Origin: Vibrio cholerae ATCC 14035
Lineage (GTDB): Bacteria; Pseudomonadota; Gammaproteobacteria; Enterobacterales; Vibrionaceae
Direction of reading: 5' to 3'
NCBI RefSeq assembly: GCF_000621645.1
Contig: NZ_KK211324.1
Location: 118,921 to 150,920, forward strand
DNA length: 32,000 bases
In this document: positions 26,202 to 32,000 of the stretch, piece by piece
How the letters are laid out: the number at the start of each line of letters is the position of its first letter
Numbering within the stretch: the first letter of the stretch is position 1
The notes under the pieces: generated by a model
Database searches by the model: none
Seen by the model: the letters and a program-made list of their open reading frames with translations, nothing else
What the model was told of the DNA's origin: nothing
Position numbers and translations under genes: made by a program

Positions 26202-28244
26202 TTACGCGGCGATTCCGGCATGACGCAACAGAGCATCAATTTGTGGTTCGCGGCCACGGAAGCGCTTAAACAGCTCCATCGGCTCTTCGCTGCCACCCAT
26301 CTCAAGGATGTTGTTGAGGAAGCTTTGGCCAGTCTCACGGTTGAAAATGCCTTCTTCTTCAAAGCGTGAGAATGCATCCGCCGAAAGCACTTCTGCCCAC
26401 AAGTAGCTGTAGTAACCGGCGCTGTAGCCACCCGCAAAAATATGGCTAAAGCTGTGCGAGAAGCGGTTCCACTCCAAGCCCGGCAGCACTGCTACTTTCT
26501 TTTTCACTTCCGCCAAGGTTTCCAGCACTTTGGGCCCCACTTCTGGGTCGTAAGTGGTGTGCAGCGTGAAGTCGAACAATCCGAACTCCAACTGACGCAG
26601 AATAAACATCGCCGATTGGAAGTTTTTCGCCGCCAGCATTTTATCGAGCATGGCTTTCGGCAGTGGCTCACCCGTTTGGTAATGACCAGAAATGAACGCC
26701 AGCGCCTCTTCTTGCCAGCACCAGTTTTCCAAGAATTGGCTTGGCAGCTCGACTGCATCCCAAGGCACACCATTGATGCCGGATACCGCGCCCACTTCCA
26801 CTTGCGTCAGCATATGGTGAATGCCGTGACCAAATTCGTGGAACAGAGTCGTCACTTCGTCGTGGGTAAACAGCGCAGGCTTATCGCCGACTGGGCGGTT
26901 GAAGTTACACGTCAGGTAAGCCACTGGTGTTTGCAGTGCGCCACTGTCGGTAGTGCGACGTACACGACACTCATCCATCCACGCGCCACCGCGTTTGTGT
27001 TCACGCGCATACAGGTCGAGATAGAAGCTGCCACGCAGCGTTCCTTGCGCATCAAAAATATCAAAAAAGCGCACCGATTCGTGCCATACATCTACCCCTT
27101 GGCGCTCTTTGACTTGCATGCCAAACAAACGGCTCAGCACTTCAAACAGGCCATTCACTACTTTTTGTTCTGGGAAGTAAGGGCGCAGCTCTTCATCGGA
27201 GATTTCAAACAGATGCTGCTTTTGCTTTTCGCTGTAGTAAGCAATATCCCACAGCTCAAGCTGCTTGACGCCAAACTCACTTTCGGCAAATTGGCGCAGC
27301 TCTTCCACTTCACGCTCACCTTGTGGTTTGGCTTTGTTGGCGAGATCATTTAAGAAACCAAGCACTTGGTCAGTGGTTTGCGCCATTTTGGTCGCCAGCG
27401 ATTTTTCGCTGTAAGTGCTAAAGCCGAGCATACGCGCGATCTCATGGCGCAGTTTGAGCTGCTCAGCAATGATTTCGCTGTTATCCCATTTACCCGCATT
27501 CGGGCCGCGATCCGAAGCGCGCGTGACATACGCTTCATACACTTCTTTGCGCAGTGCTTGGTTATCACAGTAAGTCATCACTGGTAGATAAGACGGAATA
27601 TCCAAGGTCAGCAGATACCCCTCTAAACCTTTGGCTTCGGCTGCTGCTTGTGCCGCCGCCAGTGCCGATTCCGGCATGCCCGCGAGCAGGTTTACATCGG
27701 TGATCTGCTTGGTCCACCCCATGGTGGCATCCAGCACGTTGTTGGAGAACTTAGAGCCAAGCTCAGACATACGCTTACTGATTTCGCCATAGCGCTTTTG
27801 CTCTTGCAGTGGCAAGCCGATGCCTGACAATTCAAAATCACGCAGACTGTCGCTGATGGTTTTTTGCTGCGCGCGATCGAGCTTGGCAAACTCCGCGCTC
27901 TCTTTAATGGTTTTGTAGGCTTCAAACAGCCCTTTATGCTGACCAACCCAAGTGCTGTACTCGGACAACAGCGGTAAGCAGCTTTCGTAGGCTTCACGCA
28001 GCTCATCACTGTTCACCACCGAATTCATATGGCTGACCGGTGACCAGATACGACTTAAGCGATCATCGACCTCTTCAATCGGCGCAATCACACTTTCCCA
28101 GCTCGGTTGTGGATTTTCGGCTAAAACCTTATCTATGGTGTGGCGACAATCCGCTATCGCCTGCTCAACCGCTGGCTTTACGTGCTCCGGTTTAATCGCA
28201 GAAAACGGCGGCAGATCCGTAAAGGTAAGAAGTGGGTTTGACAT
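26202..28244 (-). CDS. prlC: Oligopeptidase A (M3 zinc metallopeptidase)
   Basis: MSNPLLTFTDLPPFSAIKPEHVKPAVEQAI matches the E. coli PrlC N-terminus. The zinc motif is FHEFGHGIHH. The ATG at 28244 gives 680 aa, as in E. coli, with AAGGA 8 nt upstream. The track's 42-codon extension is likely non-coding. Confidence 0.95.
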   Translation of the reverse strand: MSNPLLTFTDLPPFSAIKPEHVKPAVEQAIADCRHTIDKVLAENPQPSWESVIAPIEEVDDRLSRIWSPVSHMNSVVNSDELREAYESCLPLLSEYSTWVGQHKGLFEAYKTIKESAEFAKLDRAQQKTISDSLRDFELSGIGLPLQEQKRYGEISKRMSELGSKFSNNVLDATMGWTKQITDVNLLAGMPESALAAAQAAAEAKGLEGYLLTLDIPSYLPVMTYCDNQALRKEVYEAYVTRASDRGPNAGKWDNSEIIAEQLKLRHEIARMLGFSTYSEKSLATKMAQTTDQVLGFLNDLANKAKPQGEREVEELRQFAESEFGVKQLELWDIAYYSEKQKQHLFEISDEELRPYFPEQKVVNGLFEVLSRLFGMQVKERQGVDVWHESVRFFDIFDAQGTLRGSFYLDLYAREHKRGGAWMDECRVRRTTDSGALQTPVAYLTCNFNRPVGDKPALFTHDEVTTLFHEFGHGIHHMLTQVEVGAVSGINGVPWDAVELPSQFLENWCWQEEALAFISGHYQTGEPLPKAMLDKMLAAKNFQSAMFILRQLEFGLFDFTLHTTYDPEVGPKVLETLAEVKKKVAVLPGLEWNRFSHSFSHIFAGGYSAGYYSYLWAEVLSADAFSRFEEEGIFNRETGQSFLNNILEMGGSEEPMELFKRFRGREPQIDALLRHAGIAA

Positions 28245-28304
28245 AAAAAGATTCCTTTTCAGCATAGAGACAGGCCGAATTTTGACCTGTGAGTTGTATA
28301 AGTA

Positions 28305-28331
28305 AATATAGGTAGCAGAACGATTTTTCAA
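28305..28331 (-). promoter_or_regulatory. Sigma-32 (heat-shock) promoter-like sequence upstream of prlC
   Basis: The minus strand reads aTTGAAA-N13-CCTATATT versus the consensus CTTGAAA-N13/14-CCCCATnT. It lies about 60 nt upstream of the ATG. Confidence 0.35.
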
Positions 28332-28523
28332 TAGCTGACCCAAGGAAAAGCGTTGCAAAATACGACTCACTCGCGCCTTAAATCCCCTAAAAAACCACGC
28401 CGTTACGCTGCGCGCTGCACGTAAAATCGGTATATAATCGAGCCAATATTTTTGTTTCTATTACTGGACGCAAGTCAATCAGCGGTCAGTACAGCGCCCC
28501 TCAAGCGGGTTTGAGAGTCTATT

Positions 28524-29363
28524 TTGTTAAGTTACCGACACAGTTTCCACGCAGGCAATCATGCGGATGTGCTCAAGCACATCGTACAGAGCCTGATCCT
28601 CAATTCTCTGCAACAAAAAGAGAAACCTTTTGTCTACCATGATACTCACTCTGGCGTAGGTCGTTACGATCTGACCCATGAGTGGTCGGAAAAAACCGGC
28701 GAATACAAGCAAGGCATTGCCCGCGTTTGGCAACAAGACAACATTCCGGCGGAGCTCGATAGCTATCTGGATGCGATTCGCCAGCTCAATCAAGGGGAAA
28801 CACTGCGTTACTACCCGGGTTCACCTCGAGTCGCCCGCGCCCATCTGCGTGAGCAGGATCGCATGGTACTGACTGAGCTGCATCCAAGCGATTACCCATT
28901 GCTGGAGCAAGAGTTTCACCGCGATCGCCAAGTCTCTATCTATAAAGAAGATGGCTTCGCACGCCTGAAAGCCAGTTTGCCGCCGCAAGAACGCCGCGGT
29001 TTAGTGCTGATTGACCCGCCTTATGAGCTGGCTAAAGAGTACCGCGATGTGGTGCGCGCTATCGCTCAGAGTTACAAACGCTGGGCAACGGGTATTTATG
29101 CGATTTGGTATCCAGTGGTCAATCGCTGCGATATCGATGACATGTTAGAAGGCTTGCAAGGCTTAGAGATTCGTAAAATCTTACAAATTGAACTCGGTGT
29201 CGCGCCAGATACCAATGAGCGCGGCATGACCGCCTCGGGCATGATAGTGATTAATCCGCCATGGACGCTGGAAAGCCAGATGCAGACCATTTTGCCTTTC
29301 CTCAAACAGGCGATTGCCCCCGCTACTGGACACTATAAAGTCGAGTGGGTGGTACCAGAATAA
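28524..29363 (+). CDS. rlmJ: 23S rRNA (adenine2030-N6)-methyltransferase
   Basis: MLSYRHSFHAGNHADVLKH is identical in pattern to the E. coli RlmJ (YhiR) N-terminus. The catalytic motif is LIDPPYE. It apparently uses a TTG start. Confidence 0.9.
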   Translation: MLSYRHSFHAGNHADVLKHIVQSLILNSLQQKEKPFVYHDTHSGVGRYDLTHEWSEKTGEYKQGIARVWQQDNIPAELDSYLDAIRQLNQGETLRYYPGSPRVARAHLREQDRMVLTELHPSDYPLLEQEFHRDRQVSIYKEDGFARLKASLPPQERRGLVLIDPPYELAKEYRDVVRAIAQSYKRWATGIYAIWYPVVNRCDIDDMLEGLQGLEIRKILQIELGVAPDTNERGMTASGMIVINPPWTLESQMQTILPFLKQAIAPATGHYKVEWVVPE

Positions 29364-29468
29364 GCTGTTTTTTCATCAAGGCGGGTGGATTGTGACGCCC
29401 TAGCCCTGATATAAGGAATACAAGAAAAGAGCGAAGAGCATCTTCGCCAGACATAATTGGAGAAAGTA

Positions 29469-30824
29469 ATGGCAACACATTTTGACTACCTGTGCATTGG
29501 TGGTGGCAGCGGTGGTATCGCTTCCGCTAACCGCGCGGCGATGTATGGCGCGAAAGTCGCTCTCATCGAAGCCAAAGATCTCGGCGGCACTTGTGTCAAC
29601 GTTGGCTGCGTACCGAAAAAGGTGATGTGGCACGGCGCGCAAATCGCAGAAGCGATGCACCTTTATGCAGAAGATTACGGCTTTGATGTCGATGTGAAAA
29701 ACTTCAACTGGGCAAAGCTGGTGGAAAGCCGTCAAGCCTACATTGGCCGCATCCATCAATCTTACGATCGTGTTCTGGGCAACAACAAAGTTCACGTGAT
29801 TAAGGGCTTCGCTAAGTTTGTTGATGCGAAAACCGTCGAAGTGAACGGCGAACTTTACACGGCTGACCATATTCTGATTGCCGTAGGTGGTCGCCCAAGC
29901 ATTCCAAATATTCCAGGCGCAGAATACGGCATCGACTCGAACGGCTTTTTTGAGCTGAGCGAGCAGCCAAAACGCGTTGCGGTGATCGGTGCTGGTTACA
30001 TCGCAGTAGAAATCGCGGGCGTGCTGAATGCGCTAGGTACAGAAACCCACCTGTTCTGCCGCAAAGAGTCTCCACTGCGTAGTTTCGACCCCATGATCAT
30101 CGAAACCTTAGTGGAAGTGATGAATACGGAAGGACCACAACTGCACACCCATAGCGTGCCAAAACAAGTGGTGAAAGAAGCCGATGGTAGCCTGACGCTG
30201 CATCTGGAAAATGGTCAGACGTACAACGTGGATACTCTGATTTGGGCGATCGGTCGCCACCCTGCCACCGATGCCATCAACCTAGCGGCAACGGGCGTTG
30301 CGACCAATGAGCAAGGCTACATCAAGGTCGATGAGTTCCAAAACACTAACGTTGCAGGCATTTACTGTGTCGGCGATATCATGGAAGGCGGCATTGAGCT
30401 GACTCCGGTGGCCGTAAAAGCAGGTCGCCAACTCTCTGAGCGCCTGTTTAACAACAAACTGAACGCCAAGATGGATTACCAGTTGGTACCAACCGTGGTG
30501 TTTAGCCACCCACCGATCGGCACCATTGGCCTTACTGAACCACAAGCGATTGCGCAATACGGCGCAGAGAATGTGAAAGTGTACAAATCCAGCTTCACCG
30601 CCATGTACACCGCCGTCACCTCTCACCGTCAGCCATGCAAAATGAAGCTGGTGTGCGCAGGCCCACAAGAGACCGTGGTTGGTCTACACGGCATCGGTTT
30701 TGCGGTTGATGAGATGATCCAAGGTTTTGGTGTCGCGATGAAAATGGGCGCAACCAAAGCCGATTTCGATTCCGTGGTCGCAATTCACCCTACGGGCTCG
30801 GAAGAGTTTGTTACGATGCGGTAG
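29469..30824 (+). CDS. gor: Glutathione-disulfide reductase
   Basis: [50 protein letters not shown] has the redox-active CVNVGC, and the C-terminus has HPTGSEE. The ATG at 29469 lies 5 nt after GGAGA, giving 451 aa. Confidence 0.96.
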   Translation: MATHFDYLCIGGGSGGIASANRAAMYGAKVALIEAKDLGGTCVNVGCVPKKVMWHGAQIAEAMHLYAEDYGFDVDVKNFNWAKLVESRQAYIGRIHQSYDRVLGNNKVHVIKGFAKFVDAKTVEVNGELYTADHILIAVGGRPSIPNIPGAEYGIDSNGFFELSEQPKRVAVIGAGYIAVEIAGVLNALGTETHLFCRKESPLRSFDPMIIETLVEVMNTEGPQLHTHSVPKQVVKEADGSLTLHLENGQTYNVDTLIWAIGRHPATDAINLAATGVATNEQGYIKVDEFQNTNVAGIYCVGDIMEGGIELTPVAVKAGRQLSERLFNNKLNAKMDYQLVPTVVFSHPPIGTIGLTEPQAIAQYGAENVKVYKSSFTAMYTAVTSHRQPCKMKLVCAGPQETVVGLHGIGFAVDEMIQGFGVAMKMGATKADFDSVVAIHPTGSEEFVTMR

Positions 30825-30848
30825 CGGCATCGAGATTCCGTTCTGCTC

Positions 30849-30881
30849 AAAAAGAAAGCGGCCATCGCCGCTTTCTTTTTA
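30849..30881. terminator. Bidirectional intrinsic terminator between convergent gor and the SPOR-protein gene
   Basis: gaaagcggc-catc-gccgctttc is flanked by an A-run upstream and ttttt downstream. Confidence 0.8.
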
Positions 30882-30918
30882 TCGATTTTTCTTTTTTAGA
30901 AAATCATGCCGAAAAGCT

Positions 30919-31866
30919 TTACTTTACACACACTACATTGAGTAGTGATGAGCCTTTTAACACATTGAGTTTGCCGGTGGTGAACATCCCTTTGCGCCCT
31001 TCTCCCCAATACGGTAACTGTACTGGCCACTGATGTTGCTGCATCTGTTTCGATTTTAATAACGCTGACCACTCTTGTTCAGTAGCGAGACGCATCCCTA
31101 GATCTCTACATACAATTTGCGCGGCATCATAGTCGAGGCGATTCCACGCCTGATCATGCTCCATGTAAAACTGCACTTTCGGATTGTCGCTGTACGGCAC
31201 AGCAAAGGTTTGGCTGCCTACTTTCACTTGCTGGCGCAATACAAAACCACTGTTTCCCGAAGGTTTAGGTGTGCTGCTCAGTTTTGCTACGGGTTTGGTT
31301 GGCGCGGCGGCGGGTACCACAGTGGGAGCGGATTTTTCTTCGCTTTTCGGTTTACTCGCGGGCTTAGGTGCTGAAGCTTCTGATACCGCTGTGTTGGCAG
31401 CCGGAGCCACCGCAGCGGTTGTGGGTTTGGCTTTCATCACCGGCTGCTGCGCTGAAGTTTTCACCACTTGGCGAATGAATGCTTGCTCAAAGGTCGCCAG
31501 TTTTTTGACCTTTTTCAGCTCCTTGCTGGCGAGAGCAAAATCGCTATAAGGGCCGATCAAACAGCGCGCGCCTTTGGGCTCAGGTTTGACCCAAATATCG
31601 GTCGAGATATGTTCATAAAGGGTTTTTACTGTGGTGAGCGGCATCGGTTTGCTTAACATGCCACATTGGATCCAAAACAGAGAGTCTCCCCGCTTGGGCT
31701 TTTTGCCCCACAAGCCATCGCCAATTGGGCAAGCCTCATCCAGCACAGGTAATTGGTTAACCGCCGCCTGCTGCGCATCGCACAAATAGTCACTCTCGGC
31801 TGAAGCAATGGGGGCGAATAACAGTAAAGCCACACTCAGGTTGCAGCATAGAATCCATTTCGGCAT
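30919..31866 (-). CDS. Secreted protein with an N-terminal SPOR-like domain, an Ala/Pro/Lys/Thr-rich linker and a C-terminal DUF1566/lectin-like domain
   Basis: It has a signal peptide (LLLFAPIASA/ES). The SPOR-like pattern is FWIQCGML...ARCLIGPYSDFALASKELKKVKK...AFIRQV. The low-complexity segment is AVAPAANTAVSEASAPKPASKPKSEEKSAPTVVPAAAPTKPVAK. The C-terminus reads AWNRLDYDAAQIVCRDLGMRLATEQEWSALL...PYWG...VVCVK. AAGGAG lies 8 nt before the ATG. Confidence 0.6.
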   Translation of the reverse strand: MPKWILCCNLSVALLLFAPIASAESDYLCDAQQAAVNQLPVLDEACPIGDGLWGKKPKRGDSLFWIQCGMLSKPMPLTTVKTLYEHISTDIWVKPEPKGARCLIGPYSDFALASKELKKVKKLATFEQAFIRQVVKTSAQQPVMKAKPTTAAVAPAANTAVSEASAPKPASKPKSEEKSAPTVVPAAAPTKPVAKLSSTPKPSGNSGFVLRQQVKVGSQTFAVPYSDNPKVQFYMEHDQAWNRLDYDAAQIVCRDLGMRLATEQEWSALLKSKQMQQHQWPVQLPYWGEGRKGMFTTGKLNVLKGSSLLNVVCVK

Positions 31867-31975
31867 CCGCTTGTCTCCTTAATACTCTGTGACTGAAATC
31901 AGGGTTCGAATCAGGCAAGTGATCTCGCCTCGAACACTTATTGGGATCCGGTATAGCAAAAATAAATGCAAAAAA

Positions 31976-31999
31976 AGAGCCGCATTCAAATACGGCTCT
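31976..31999. terminator. Hairpin at the window edge (terminator-like; strand and owner unknown)
   Basis: agagccg-cattcaaata-cggctct is preceded by aaaaaa. The downstream sequence is cut off by the window end. Confidence 0.3.
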
Positions 32000-32000
32000 T

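Noticed and set aside
26442-27353. A 303-aa ORF on the + strand antisense to prlC. Similar long antisense ORFs occur at 16961-17767 (inside recQ), 5801-6493 (inside murQ), 7719-8321 and 8778-9320 (inside fhuB).
   Set aside because: All lie fully inside well-supported conserved genes on the opposite strand or in another frame. Their composition is biased (Arg/His/Gln/Phe-rich), they lack RBS or motifs, and they are typical shadow ORFs of GC-moderate coding DNA.
31903-31912. GGTTCGAATC, a tRNA T-arm/T-loop-like string, within a GAA(A)TCAGG direct repeat upstream of the SPOR-protein gene.
   Set aside because: The flanking bases cannot form a T-stem (CAGGG versus CAGGC), and no acceptor or anticodon arms can be drawn on either strand. 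It is probably chance, and I do not call it a tRNA or att remnant.
1-32000. Search for mobile or defence content: integrases, transposases, IS inverted repeats, CRISPR repeats, toxin-antitoxin pairs and phage genes.
   Set aside because: No ORF product shows such motifs. I saw no regularly spaced 25-40 bp repeats. Every gene fits a housekeeping or transport role with synteny typical of a core chromosome.

Overview
This window reads as a conserved core segment of a Vibrio cholerae-type large chromosome. The species call rests on recalled synteny and protein similarity, not on a search. Gene order is lpxM(partial)-pyrE-rph / yicC-yqhA / murP-murQ / murR / fhuB-fhuD-fhuC-fhuA / ABC exporter-fold transporter / small membrane protein-small acidic protein-recQ / rarD-ggt-araC-lysE-[CsrB-family sRNA] / uvrD-prlC / rlmJ-gor / SPOR-domain protein. 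I support 26 protein-coding genes, all apparently intact. Several have starts shorter than the ORF track suggests, because the track begins at upstream TTG or in-frame codons. I saw no tRNA, rRNA, CRISPR array, IS element, integrase or phage genes. The strongest signal not explained by ORFs is a roughly 0.45 kb CsrB-family CsrA-sponge sRNA at about 23300-23762. It carries 28 GGA motifs, a near-perfect GacA/UvrY/VarA-type inverted repeat upstream and a strong intrinsic terminator. The ORF track offers only spurious small ORFs there. Other features include a REP-like palindrome family (CTCCCCCTAAAAGGGGGAG) clustered in the rph-pyrE spacer, Fur-box-like sequence in the divergent fhuA/ABC promoter region, candidate MurR/CRP sites, and a sigma32-like promoter for prlC. 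There is also a small acidic ORF translationally coupled to recQ and an upstream triple repeat next to a 2-TM protein gene. I do not find a convincing novel multi-gene system. The unexplored items are single genes or regulatory features, and I score them modestly.
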